From Eledone cirrhosa (Eukaryota): 64,000 bases of DNA. The notes beneath the pieces were generated by a model, which was not told where the DNA came from, ran no database searches, and was given only the letters and a program-made list of their open reading frames with translations. Each line of letters opens with the position of its first letter. The stretch's first letter is position 1. Shown in pieces: positions 36,701 through 51,700 of this stretch. The position numbers were made by a program, and so were the translations under genes. The DNA lies in assembly GCA_964016885.1 (NCBI GenBank), contig OZ024764.1, positions 18,414,001 through 18,478,000 on the forward strand, given 5' to 3'.

Positions 36701-39700
36701 TGTAGGTGACACAACAAAAAGTACCCAGTCCACACTGTAAAGTGGTCATGTAGGTGTCTCAACAAAAAGTACCCAGTCCACACTGTAAAGTGGTCATATA
36801 GGTGACACAACAAAAAGTACCCAGTCCACACTGTAAAGTGGTCATGTAGGTGTCACAACAAACAGCACCCAGTCCACACTGTAAAGTGGTCATGTAGGTG
36901 TCTTAACAAAAAGTACCCTGTCCACACTGTAAAGTGGTCATGTAGGTGACACAACAAAAAGTACCCAGTTCACATTGTAAAGTGGTCATGTAGGTGTCAC
37001 AACAAACAGCACCCAGTCCACACTGTAAAGTGGTCATGTAGGTGTCTCAACAAAAAGTACCCAGTCCACACTGTAAAGTGGTCATGTAGGTGACACAACA
37101 AAAAGTACCCAGTCCACACTGTAAAGTGGTCATGTAGGTGTCACAACAAAAAGTACCCAGTCCACACTGTAAAGTGGTCATGTAGGTGTCTCAACAAAAA
37201 GTACCCAGTCCACACTGTAAAGTGGTCATGTAGGTGTCTCAACAAAAAGTACTCAGTCCACACTGTAAAGTGGTCATGTAGGTGACACAACAAAAAGTAC
37301 CCAGTCCACACTGTAAAGTGGTCATGTAGGTGTCTCAACAAAAAGTACCCAGTCCACACTGTAAAGTGGTCATGTAGGTGACACAACAAAAAGTACCCAG
37401 TCCACACTGTAAAGTGGTCATGTAGGTGTCACAACAAACAGCACCCAGTCCACACTGTAAAGTGGTCATGTAGGTGTCTCAACAAAAAGTACCCAGTCTA
37501 CACTGTAAAGTGGTCATGTAGGTGTCACAACAAAAAGTACTCAGTCCACACTGTAAAGTGGTCATGTAGGTGTCACAACAAAAAGTACCCAGTACTCATT
37601 GTAAAGTGGTCATGTAGGTGTCACAACAAAAAGTACCCAGTCCACACTGTAAAGTGGTCATGTCGGTGTCACAACAAAAAGTACCCAGTCCACACTGTAA
37701 AGTGGTCATGTAGGTGTCACAACAAAAAGTACCCAGTCCACACTGTAAAGTGGTCATGTAGGTGAAACAACAAAAAGCACCGAGTACACACTGTAAAGTG
37801 TCATGTAGGTGTCACAACAAAAAGCTCCCAGTACACACTGTAAAGTGGTCATGTAGGTGACACAACAAAAAGCACCCAGTACACACTGTAAAGTGGTCAT
37901 GTAGGTGTCACAACAAAAAGTACCCAGTTCACACTGTAAAGTGGTCTGTAGGTGTCACAACAAAAAGTACCCAGTTCACACTGTAAAGTGGTCTGTAGGT
38001 GTCACAACAAAAAGCACCCAGTCCACACTGTAAAGAGGTCATGTAGGTGTCACAACAAAAAGTACCCAGTCCACACTGTAAAGTGGTCATGTAGGTGTCT
38101 CAATAAAAAGTACCCAGTCCACACTGTAAAGTGGTCATGTAGGTGACACAACAAAAAGTACCCAGTCCACACTGTAAAGTGGTCATGTAGGTGTCACAAC
38201 AAACAGCACCCAGTCCACAATGTAAAGTGGTCATGTAGGTGTCTCAACAAAAAGAACCCAGTCCACACTGTAAAGTGGTCATGTAGGTGACACAACAAAA
38301 AGTACCCAGTCCACACTGTAAAGTGGTCATGTAGGTGTCTCAACAAAAAGTACCCAGTCCACACTGTAAAGTGGTCATGTAGGTGTCTCAACAAAAAGTA
38401 CTCAGTCCACACTGTAAAGTGGTCATGTAGGTGACACAACAAAAAGTACCCAGTCCACACTGTAAAGTGGTCATGTCGGTGTCACAACAAAAAGTACCCA
38501 GTCCACACTGTAAAGTGGTCATGTAGGTGTCACAACAAAAAGTACCCAGTCCACACTGTAAAGTGGTCATGTAGGTGAAACAACAAAAAGCACCGAGTAC
38601 ACACTGTAAAGTGTCATGTAGGTGACACAACAAAAAGCACCCAGTACACACTGTAAAGTGGTCATGTAGGTGTCACAACAAAAAGTACCCAGTTCACACT
38701 GTAAAGTGGTCATGTAGGTGTCACAACAAACAGCACCCAGTCCACACTGTAAAGTGGTCATGTAGGTGTCACAACAAACAACACCCATTCCACACTGTAA
38801 AGTGGTCATGTAGGTGTCACGACAAAAAGTGCCCAGTCCACACTGTAAAGTGGTCATGTAGGTGTCTCAACAAAAAGTACCCAGTCTACACTGTAAAGTG
38901 GTCATGTAGGTGTCACAACAAAAAGTACTCAGTCCACACTGTAAAGTGGTCATGTAGGTGCCACAACAAAAGTACCCAGTACTCATTGTAAAGTGGTCAT
39001 GTAGGTGTCACAACAAAAAGTACCCAGTCCACACTGTAAAGTGGTCATGTAGGTGTCACAACAAAAAGTACCCAGTCCACACTGTTAAGTGGTCATGTAG
39101 GTGTCACAACAAAAAGTACCCAGTCCACACTGTAAAGTGGTCATGTAGGTGACACAACAAAAAGAACCGAGTACACACTGTAAAGTGTCATGTAGGTGTC
39201 ACAACAAAAAGCTCCCAGTACACACTGTAAAGTGGTCATGTAGGTGACACAACAAAAAGCACCCAGTACACACTGTAAAGTGGTCATGTAGGTGTCACAA
39301 CAAAAAGTACCCAGTCCACACTGTAAAGAGGTCTGTAGGTGTCACAACAAAAAGTACCCAGTACACACTGTAAAGTGGTCATGTAGGTGTCACAACAAAA
39401 AGTACCCAGTCCACACTGTAAAGTGGTCATGTAGGTGTCACAACAAAAAGTACCCAGTCCACACTGTAAAGTGGTCTGTAGGTGTCACAACAAAAAGCAC
39501 CCAGTCCACACTGTAAAGAGGTCATGTAGGTGTCACAACAAAAAGTACCCAGTTCACACTGTAAAGTGGTCATGTAGGTGTCTCAATAAAAAGTACCCAG
39601 TCCACACTGTAAAGTGGTCATGTAGGTGACACAACAAAAAGTACCCAGTCCACACTGTAAAGTGGTCATGTAGGTGTCTCAACAAAAAGTACCCAGTCCA

Positions 39701-42700
39701 CACTGTAAAGTGGTCATATAGGTGACACAACAAAACGTACCCAGTCCACACTGTAAAGTGGTCATGTAGGTGTCACAACAAACAGCACCCAGTCCACACT
39801 GTAAAGTGGTCATGTAGGTGTCTTAACAAAAAGTACCCTGTCCACACTGTAAAGTGGTCATGTAGGTGACACAACAAAAAGTACCCAGTTCACATTGTAA
39901 AGTGGTCATGTAGGTGTCACAACAAACAGCACCCAGTCCACACTGTAAAGTGGTCATGTAGGTGTCTCAACAAAAAGTACCCAGTCCACACTGTAAAGTG
40001 GTCATGTAGGTGACACAACAAAAAGTACCCAGTCCACACTGTAAAGTGGTCATGTAGGTGTCACAACAAAAAGTACCCAGTCCACACTGTAAAGTGGTCA
40101 TGTAGGTGTCTCAACAAAAAGTACCCAGTCCACACTGTAAAGTGGTCATGTAGGTGTCTCAACAAAAAGTACTCAGTCCACACTGTAAAGTGGTCATGTA
40201 GGTGACACAACAAAAAGTACCCAGTCCACACTGTAAAGTGGTCATGTAGGTGTCTCAACAAAAAGTACCCAGTCCACACTGTAAAGTGGTCATGTAGGTG
40301 ACACAACAAAAAGTACCCAGTCCACACTGTAAAGTGGTCATGTAGGTGTCACAACAAACAGCACCCAGTCCACACTGTAAAGTGGTCATGTAGGAGTCTC
40401 AACAAAAAGTACCCAGTCCACACTGTAAAGTGGTCATGTAGGTGACACAACAAAAAGTACCCAGTCCACACTGTAAAGTGGTCATGTAGGTGTCACAACA
40501 AACAGCACCCAGTCCACACTGTAAAGTGGTCATGTAGGTGTCTCAACAAAAAGTAGCCAGTCCACACTGTAAAGTGGTCATGTAGGTGTCTCAACAAAAA
40601 GTACCCAGTCCACACTGTAAAGTGGTCATGTAGGTGTCACAACAAAAAGTACCCAGTCCACACTGTAAAGTGGTCATGTAGGTGTCACAACAAACAACAC
40701 CCAGTCCACACTGTATAGTGGTCATGTAGGTGTCACAACAAAAAGTACCCAGTCTACACTGTAAAGTGGTCATGTAGGTGTCACAACAAAAAGTACCCAG
40801 TACACACTGTATAGTGGTCATGTAGGTGTCACAACAAAAAGTACCCAGTCCACACTGTAAAGTGGTCATGTAGGTGTCACAACAAAAAGTACCCAGTCCA
40901 CACTGTAAAGTGGTCATGTAGGTGTCTCAACAAAAAGTACCCAGTCCACACTGTAAAGTGGTCATGTAGGTGTCACAACAAAAAGTACCCAGTCCACACT
41001 GTAAAGTGGTCATGTAGGTGTCACAACAAAAAGGACGCAGTCCACACTGTAAAGTGGTCATATAGGTGTCACAACAAAAAGTACCCAGTCCACACTGTAA
41101 AGTGGTCACGTAGGTGTCACAACAAAAAGGACCCAGTCCACACTGTAAAGTGGTCATGTAGGTGTCATGACAAAAAGTACCCAGTCCACACTGTAAAGTG
41201 GTCATGTAGGTGTCACAACAAACAGCACCCAGTCCACACTGTAAAGTGGTCATGTAGGTGTCACAACCAACAGCACCCAGTCCACACTGTAAAGTGGTCA
41301 TGTAGGTGTCTCAACAAAAAGTACCCAGTCTACACTGTAAAGTGGTCATGTAGGTGTCACAACAAAAAGTACTCAGTCCACACTGTAAAGTGGTCATGTA
41401 GGTGTCACAACAAAAAGTACCCAGTACTCATTGTAAAGTGGTCATGTAGGTGTCACAACAAAAAGTACCCAGTCCACACTGTAAAGTGGTCATGTCGGTG
41501 TCACAACAAAAAGTACCCAGTCCACACTGTAAAGTGGTCATGTAGGTGTCACAACAAAAAGTACCCAGTCCACACTGTAAAGTGGTCATGTAGGTGAAAC
41601 AACAAAAAGCACCGAGTACACACTGTAAAGTGTCATGTAGGTGTCACAACAAAAAGCTCCCAGTACACACTGTAAAGTGGTCATGTAGGTGACACAACAA
41701 AAAGCACCCAGTACACACTGTAAAGTGGTCATGTAGGTGTCACAACAAAAAGTACCCAGTTCACACTGTAAAGTGGTCTGTAGGTGACACAACAAAAAGC
41801 ACCCAGTCCACACTGTAAAGAGGTCATGTAGGTGTCACAACAAAAAGTACCCAGTCCACACTGTAAAGTGGTCATGTAGGTGTCTCAATAAAAAGTACCC
41901 AGTCCACACTGTAAAGTGGTCATGTAGGTGACACAACAAAAAGTACCCAGTCCACACTGTAAAGTGGTCATGTAGGTGTCACAACAAACAGCACCCAGTC
42001 CACAATGTAAAGTGGTCATGTAGGTGTCTCAACAAAAAGAACCCAGTCCACACTGTAAAGTGGTCATGTAGGTGACACAACAAAAAGTACCCAGTCCACA
42101 CTGTAAAGTGGTCATGTAGGTGTCTCAACAAAAAGTACCCAGTCCACACTGTAAAGTGGTCATGTAGGTGTCTCAACAAAAAGTACTCAGTCCACACTGT
42201 AAAGTGGTCATGTAGGTGACACAACAAAAAGTACCCAGTCCACACTGTAAAGTGGTCATGTCGGTGTCACAACAAAAAGTACCCAGTCCACACTGTAAAG
42301 TGGTCATGTAGGTGTCACAACAAAAAGTACCCAGTCCACACTGTAAAGTGGTCATGTAGGTGAAACAACAAAAAGCACCGAGTACACACTGTAAAGTGTC
42401 ATGTAGGTGTCACAACAAAAAGCTCCCAGTACACACTGTAAAGTGGTCATGTAGGTGACACAACAAAAAGCACCCAGTACACACTGTAAAGTGGTCATGT
42501 AGGTGTCACAACAAAAAGTACCCAGTTCACACTGTAAAGTGGTCTGTAGGTGTCACAACAAAAAGCACCCAGTCCACACTGTAAAGAGGTCATGTAGGTG
42601 TCACAACAAAAAGTACCCAGTCCACACTGTAAAGTGGTCATGTAGGTGTCTCAATAAAAAGTACCCAGTCCACACTGTAAAGTGGTCATGTAGGTGACAC

Positions 42701-45700
42701 AACAAAAAGTACCCAGTCCACACTGTAAAGTGGTCATGTAGGTGTCACAACAAACAGCACCCAGTCCACAATGTAAAGTGGTCATGTAGGTGTCTCAACA
42801 AAAAGTACCCAGTCCACACTGTAAAGTGGTCATGTAGGTGACACAACAAAAAGTACCCAGTCCACACTGTAAAGTGGTCATGTAGGTGTCTCAACAAAAA
42901 GTACCCAGTCCACACTGTAAAGTGGTCATGTAGGTGTCTCAACAAAAAGTACTCAGTCCACACTGTAAAGTGGTCATGTAGGTGTCACAACAAAAAGTAC
43001 CCAGTCCACACTGTAAAGTGGTCATGTAGGTGTCACAACAAAAAGTACCCAGTCCACACTGTTAAGTGGTCATGTAGGTGTCACAACAAAAAGTACCCAG
43101 TCCACACTGTAAAGTGGTCATGTAGGTGACACAACAAAAAGAACCGAGTACACACTGTAAAGTGTCATGTAGGTGTCACAACAAAAAGCTCCCAGTACAC
43201 ACTGTAAAGTGGTCATGTAGGTGACACAACAAAAAGCACCCAGTACACACTGTAAAGTGGTCATGTAGGTGTCACAACAAAAAGTACCCAGTCCACACTG
43301 TAAAGAGGTCTGTAGGTGTCACAACAAAAAGTACCCAGTACACACTGTAAAGTGGTCATGTAGGTGTCACAACAAAAAGTACCCAGTCCACACTGTAAAG
43401 TGGTCATGTAGGTGTCACAACAAAAAGTACCCAGTCCACACTGTAAAGTGGTCTGTAGGTGTCACAACAAAAAGCACCCAGTCCACACTGTAAAGAGGTC
43501 ATGTAGGTGTCACAACAAAAAGTACCCAGTCCACACTGTAAAGTGGTCATGTAGGTGTCTCAATAAAAAGTACCCAGTCCACACTGTAAAGTGGTCATGT
43601 AGGTGACACAACAAAAAGTACCCAGTCCACACTGTAAAGTGGTCATGTAGGTGTCTCAACAAAAAGTACCCAGTCCACACTGTAAAGTGGTCATATAGGT
43701 GACACAACAAAAAGTACCCAGTCCACACTGTAAAGTGGTCATGTAGGTGTCACAACAAACAGCACCCAGTCCACACTGTAAAGTGGTCATGTAGGTGTCT
43801 TAACAAAAAGTACCCTGTCCACACTGTAAAGTGGTCATGTAGGTGACACAACAAAAAGTACCCAGTTCACATTGTAAAGTGGTCATGTAGGTGTCACAAC
43901 AAACAGCACCCAGTCCACACTGTAAAGTGGTCATGTAGGTGTCTCAACAAAAAGTACCCAGTCCACACTGTAAAGTGGTCATGTAGGTGACACAACAAAA
44001 AGTACCCAGTCCACACTGTAAAGTGGTCATGTAGGTGTCACAACAAAAAGTACCCAGTCCACACTGTAAAGTGGTCATGTAGGTGTCTCAACAAAAAGTA
44101 CCCAGTCCACACTGTAAAGTGGTCATGTAGGTGTCTCAACAAAAAGTACTCAGTCCACACTGTAAAGTCGTCATGTAGGTGACACAACAAAAAGTACCCA
44201 GTCCACACTGTAAAGTGGTCATGTAGGTGTCTCAACAAAAAGTACCCAGTCCACACTGTAAATTGGTCATGTAGGTGTCACAACAAAAAGTACCCAGTTC
44301 ACACTGTAAAGTGGTCATGTAGGTGTCTCAACAAAAAGTACCCAGTCCACACTGTAAAGTGGTCATGTAGGTGTCACAACAAAAAGTACCCAGTCCACAC
44401 TGTAAAGTGGTCATGTAGGTGACACAACAAAAAGTACCCAGTCCACACTGTAAAGTGGTCATGTAGGTGTCACAACAAACAGCACCCAGTCCACACTGTA
44501 AAGTGGTCATGTAGGTGTCTCAACAAAAAGTAGCCAGTCCACACTGTAAAGTGGTCATGTAGGTGTCTCAACAAAAAGTACCCAGTCCACACTGTAAAGT
44601 GGTCATGTAGGTGTCACAACAAAAAGTACCCAGTCCACACTGTAAAGTGGTCATGTAGGTGTCACAACAAACAACACCCAGTCCACACTGTATAGTGGTC
44701 ATGTAGGTGTCACAACAAAAAGTACCCAGTCTACACTGTAAAGTGGTCATGTAGGTGTCACAACAAAAAGTACCCAGTACACACTGTATAGTGGTCATGT
44801 AGGTGTCACAACAAAAAGTACCCAGTCCACACTGTAAAGTGGTCATGTAGGTGTCACAACAAAAAGTACCCAGTCCACACTGTAAAGTGGTCATGTAGGT
44901 GTCTCAACAAAAAGTACCCAGTCCACACTGTAAAGTGGTCATGTAGGTGTCACAACAAAAAGTACCCAGTCCACACTGTAAAGTGGTCATGTAGGTGTCA
45001 CAACAAAAAGGACGCAGTCCACACTGTAAAGTGGTCATATAGGTGTCACAACAAAAAGTACCCAGTCCACACTGTAAAGTGGTCACGTAGGTGTCACAAC
45101 AAAAAGGACCCAGTCCACACTGTAAAGTGGTCATGTAGGTGTCATGACAAAAAGTACCCAGTCCACACTGTAAAGTGGTCATGTAGGTGTCACAACAAAC
45201 AGCACCCAGTCCACACTGTAAAGTGGTCATGTAGGTGTCACAACCAACAGCACCCAGTCCACACTGTAAAGTGGTCATGTAGGTGTCTCAACAAAAAGTA
45301 CCCAGTCTACACTGTAAAGTGGTCATGTAGGTGTCACAACAAAAAGTACTCAGTCCACACTGTAAAGTGGTCATGTAGGTGTCACAACAAAAAGTACCCA
45401 GTACTCATTGTAAAGTGGTCATGTAGGTGTCACAACAAAAAGTACCCAGTCCACACTGTAAAGTGGTCATGTCGGTGTCACAACAAAAAGTACCCAGTCC
45501 ACACTGTAAAGTGGTCATGTAGGTGTCACAACAAAAAGTACCCAGTCCACACTGTAAAGTGGTCATGTAGGTGAAACAACAAAAAGCACCGAGTACACAC
45601 TGTAAAGTGTCATGTAGGTGTCACAACAAAAAGCTCCCAGTACACACTGTAAAGTGGTCATGTAGGTGACACAACAAAAAGCACCCAGTACACACTGTAA

Positions 45701-48700
45701 AGTGGTCATGTAGGTGTCACAACAAAAAGTACCCAGTTCACACTGTAAAGTGGTCTGTAGGTGTCACAACAAAAAGCACCCAGTCCACACTGTAAAGAGG
45801 TCATGTAGGTGTCACAACAAAAAGTACCCAGTCCACACTGTAAAGTGGTCATGTAGGTGTCTCAATAAAAAGTACCCAGTCCACACTGTAAAGTGGTCAT
45901 GTAGGTGACACAACAAAAAGTACCCAGTCCACACTGTAAAGTGGTCATGTAGGTGTCACAACAAACAGCACCCAGTCCACAATGTAAAGTGGTCATGTAG
46001 GTGTCTCAACAAAAAGAACCCAGTCCACACTGTAAAGTGGTCATGTAGGTGACACAACAAAAAGTACCCAGTCCACACTGTAAAGTGGTCATGTAGGTGT
46101 CTCAACAAAAAGTACCCACTCCACACTGTAAAGTGGTCATGTAGGTGTCTCAACAAAAAGTACTCAGTCCACACTGTAAAGTGGTCATGTAGGTGACACA
46201 ACAAAAAGTACCCAGTCCACACTGTAAAGTGGTCATGTCGGTGTCACAACAAAAAGTACCCAGTCCACACTGTAAAGTGGTCATGTAGGTGTCACAACAA
46301 AAAGTACCCAGTCCACACTGTAAAGTGGTCATGTAGGTGAAACAACAAAAAGCACCGAGTACACACTGTAAAGTGTCATGTAGGTGTCACAACAAAAAGC
46401 TCCCAGTACACACTGTAAAGTGGTCATGTAGGTGACACAACAAAAAGCACCCAGTACACACTGTAAAGTGGTCATGTAGGTGTCACAACAAAAAGTACCC
46501 AGTTCACACTGTAAAGTGGTCTGTAGGTGTCACAACAAAAAGCACCCAGTCCACACTGTAAAGAGGTCATGTAGGTGTCACAACAAAAAGTACCCAGTCC
46601 ACACTGTAAAGTGGTCATGTAGGTGTGTCAATAAAAAGTACCCAGTCCACACTGTAAAGTGGTCATGTAGGTGACACAACAAAAAGTACCCAGTCCACAC
46701 TGTAAAGTGGTCATGTAGGTGTCACAACAAACAGCACCCAGTCCACAATGTAAAGTGGTCATGTAGGTGTCTCAACAAAAAGTACCCAGTCCACACTGTA
46801 AAGTGGTCATGTAGGTGACACAACAAAAAGTACCCAGTCCACACTGTAAAGTGGTCATGTAGGTGTCTCAACAAAAAGTACCCAGTCCACACTGTAAAGT
46901 GGTCATGTAGGTGTCTCAACAAAAAGTACTCAGTCCACACTGTAAAGTGGTCATGTAGGTGACACAACAAAAAGTACCCAGTCCACACTGTAAAGTGGTC
47001 ATGTAGGTGTCACAACAAACAGCACCCAGTCCACACTGTAAAGTGGTCATGTAGGTGTCTCAACAAAAAGTAGCCAGTCCACACTGTAAAGTGGTCATGT
47101 AGGTGTCACAACAAAAAGTACCCAGTCCACACTGTAAAGTGGTCATGTAGGTGTCACAACAAACAACACCCAGTCCACACTGTATAGTGGTCATGTAGGT
47201 GTCACAACAAAAAGTACCCAGTCCACACTGTAAAGTGGTCATGTAGGTGAAACAACAAAAAGCACCGAGTACACACTGTAAAGTGTCATGTAGGTGTCAC
47301 AACAAAAAGCTCCCAGTACACACTGTAAAGTGGTCATGTAGGTGACACAAAAAAAGCACCCAGTACACACTGTAAAGTGGTCATGTAGGTGTCACAACAA
47401 AAAGTACCCAGTTCACACTGTAAAGTGGTCTGTAGGTGTCATAACAAAAAGCACCCAGTCCACACTGTAAAGAGGTCATGTAGGTGTCACAACAAAAAGT
47501 ACCCAGTCCACACTGTAAAGTGGTCATGTAGGTGTCTCAATAAAAAGTACCCAGTCCACACTGTAAAGTGGTCATGTAGGTGACACAACAAAAAGTACCC
47601 AGTCCACACTGTAAAGTGGTCATGTAGGTGTCACAACAAACAGCACCCAGTCCACAATGTAAAGTGGTCATGTAGGTGTCTCAACAAAAAGTACCCAGTC
47701 CACACTGTAAAGTGGTCATGTAGGTGACACAACAAAAAGTACCCAGTCCACACTGTAAAGTGGTCATGTAGGTGTCTCAACAAAAAGTACCCAGTCCACA
47801 CTGTAAAGTGGTCATGTAGGTGTCTCAACAAAAAGTACTCAGTCCACACTGTAAAGTGGTCATGTAGGTGAAACAACAAAAAGCACCGAGTACACACTGT
47901 AAAGTGTCATGTAGGTGTCACAACAAAAAGCTCCCAGTACACACTGTAAAGTGGTCATGTAGGTGACACAACAAAAAGCACCCAGTACACACTGTAAAGT
48001 GGTCATGTAGGTGTCACAACAAAAAGTACCCAGTTCACACTGTAAAGTGGTCTGTAGGTGTCACAACAAAAAGCACCCAGTCCACACTGTAAAGAGGTCA
48101 TGTAGGTGTCACAACAAAAAGTACCCAGTCCACACTGTAAAGTGGTCATGTAGGTGTCTCAATAAAAAGTACCCAGTCCACACTGTAAAGTGGTCATGTA
48201 GGTGACACAACAAAAAGTACCCAGTCCACACTGTAAAGTGGTCATGTAGGTGTCACAACAAACAGCACCCAGTCCACAATGTAAAGTGGTCATGTAGGTG
48301 TCTCAACAAAAAGTACCCAGTCCACACTGTAAAGTGGTCATGTAGGTGACACAACAAAAAGTACCCAGTCCACACTGTAAAGTGGTCATGTAGGTGTCTC
48401 AACAAAAAGTACCCAGTCCACACTGTAAAGTGGTCATGTAGGTGTCTCAACAAAAAGTACTCAGTCCACACTGTAAAGTGGTCATGTAGGTGACACAACA
48501 AAAAGTACCCAGTCCACACTGTAAAGTGGTCATGTAGGTGTCACAACAAACAGCACCCAGTCCACACTGTAAAGTGGTCATGTAGGTGTCTCAACAAAAA
48601 GTAGCCAGTCCACACTGTAAAGTGGTCATGTAGGTGTCACAACAAAAAGTACCCAGTCCACACTGTAAAGTGGTCATGTAGGTGTCACAACAAACAACAC

Positions 48701-51700
48701 CCAGTCCACACTGTATAGTGGTCATGTAGGTGTCACAACAAAAAGTACCCAGTCTACACTGTAAAGTGGTCATGTAGGTGTCACAACAAAAAGTACCCAG
48801 TACACACTGTATAGTGGTCATGTAGGTGTCACAACAAAAAGTACCCAGTCCACACTGTAAAGTGGTCATGTAGGTGTCACAACAAAAAGTACCCAGTCCA
48901 CACTGTAAAGTGGTCATGTAGGTGTCTCAACAAAAAGTACCCAGTCCACACTGTAAAGTGGTCATGTAGGTGTCACAACAAAAAGTACCCAGTCCACACT
49001 GTAAAGTGGTCATGTAGGTGTCACAACAAAAAGGACGCAGTCCACACTGTAAAGTGGTCATATAGGTGTCACAACAAAAAGTACCCAGTCCACACTGTAA
49101 AGTGGTCACGTAGGTGTCACAACAAAAAGGACCCAGTCCACACTATAAAGTGGTCATGTAGGTGTCATGACAAAAAGTACCCAGTCCACACTGTAAAGTG
49201 GTCATGTAGGTGTCACAACAAACAGCACCCAGTCCACACTGTAAAGTGGTCATGTAGGTGTCACAACCAACAGCACCCAGTCCACACTGTAAAGTGGTCA
49301 TGTAGGTGTCACAACAAACAACACCCATTCCACACTGTAAAGTGGTCATGTAGGTGTCACAACAAAAAGTGCCCAGTCCACACTGTAAAGTGGTCATGTA
49401 GGTGTCTCAACAAAAAGTACCCAGTCTACACTGTAAAGTGGTCATGTAGGTGTCACAACAAAAAGTACTCAGTCCACACTGTAAAGTGGTCATGTAGGTG
49501 TCACAACAAAAAGTACCCAGTACTCATTGTAAAGTGGTCATGTAGGTGTCACAACAAAAAGTACCCAGTCCACACTGTAAAGTGGTCATGTCGGTGTCAC
49601 AACAAAAAGTACCCAGTCCACACTGTAAAGTGGTCATGTAGGTGTCACAACAAAAAGTACCCAGTCCACACTGTAAAGTGGTCATGTAGGTGAAACAACA
49701 AAAAGCACCGAGTACACACTGTAAAGTGTCATGTAGGTGTCACAACAAAAAGCTCCCAGTACACACTGTAAAGTGGTCATGTAGGTGACACAACAAAAAG
49801 CACCCAGTACACACTGTAAAGTGGTCATGTAGGTGTCACAACAAAAAGTACCCAGTTCACACTGTAAAGTAGTCTGTAGGTGTCACAACAAAAAGTACCC
49901 AGTCCACACTGTAAAGTGGTCATGTAGGTGTCTCAATAAAAAGTACCCAGTCCACACTGTAAAGTGGTCATGTAGGTGACACAACAAAAAGTACCCAGTC
50001 CACACTGTAAAGTGGTCATGTAGGTGTCACAACAAACAGCACCCAGTCCACAATGTAAAGTGGTCATGTAGGTGTCTCAACAAAAAGTACCCAGTCCACA
50101 CTGTAAAGTGGTCATGTAGGTGACACAACAAAAAGTACCCAGTCCACACTGTAAAGTGGTCATGTAGGTGTCTCAACAAAAAGTACCCAGTCCACACTGT
50201 AAAGTGGTCATATAGGTGTCTCAACAAAAAGTACTCAGTCCACACTGTAAAGTGGTCATGTAGGTGACACAACAAAAAGTACCCAGTCCACACTGTAAAG
50301 TGGTCATGTAGGTGTCACAACAAACAGCACCTAGTCCACACTGTAAAGTGGTCATGTAGGTGTCTCAACAAAAAGTACCCAGTCCACACTGTAAAGTGGT
50401 CATGTAGGTGTCTCAACAAAAAGTACCCAGTCCACACTCTAAAGTGGTCATGTAGGTGACACAACAAAAAGTACCCAGTCCACACTGTAAAGTGGTCATG
50501 TAGGTGTCACAACAAACAGCACCCAGTCCACACTGTAAAGTGGTGATGTAGGTGTCTCAACAAAAAGTACCCGGTCCACACTGTAAAGTGGTCATGTAAG
50601 TGTCTCAACAAAAAGTACCCAGTCCACACTGTAAAGTGGTCATGTAGGTGTCACAACCAAAAGTACCCAGTCCACACTGTAAAGTGGTCATATAGGTGTC
50701 ACAACAAAAAGTACCCAGTCCATACTGTAAAGTGGTCATGTAGGTGTCACAACAAAAAGTACCCAGTCCACACTGTAAAGTGGTCATGTAGGTGTCACAA
50801 CAAAAAGTACCCAGTCCACACTGTAAAGTGGTCATCTAGGTGTCACAACAAATAGTACCCAGTCCACACTGTAAAGTGGTCATGTAGGTGTCACAACAAA
50901 AAGTACCCAGTCCACTCTGTAAAGTGGTCATGTAGGTGTCACAACCAAAAGTACCCAGTCCACACTGTAAAGTGGACATGTAGGTGTCACAACAAAAAGC
51001 ACTCAGTCCACACTGTAAAGTGGTCATGTAGGTGTCACAACAAAAAGTACCCAGTCCACACTGTAAAGTGGTCATGTAGGTGTCACAACAAAAAGTACTC
51101 AGTCCACCCTGTAAAGTGGTCATGTAGGTGTCTCAACAAAAAGTACCCAGTCCACACTGTAAAGTGGTCATGTAGGTGACACAACAAAAAGTTCCCAGTC
51201 CACACTGTAAAGTGGTCATGTAGGTGTCACAACAAACAGCACCCAGTCCACACTGTAAAGTGGTCATGTAGGTGTCTCAACAAAAAGTACCCGGTCCACA
51301 CTGTAAAGTGGTCATGTAAGTGTCTCAACAAAAAGTACCCAGTCCACACTGTAAAGTGGTCATGTAGGTGTCACAACAAAAAGTACCCAGTCCACACTTT
51401 AAAGTCGTCATGTAGGTGTCACAACAAACAACACCCAGTCCACACTGTATAGTGGTTATGTAGGTGTCACAACAAAAAGTACCCAGTCTACACTGTAAAG
51501 TGGTCATGTAGGTGTGACAACAAAAAGTACCCAGTACACACTGTATAGTGGTCATGTAGGTGTCACAACAAAAACTACCCAGTCCACACTGTAAAGTCGT
51601 CATGTAGGTGTCACAACAAAAAGTACCCAGTCCACACTGTAAAGAGGTCATGTAGGTGTCACAACAAAAAGTACCCAGTCCACACTGTAAAGTGGTCATG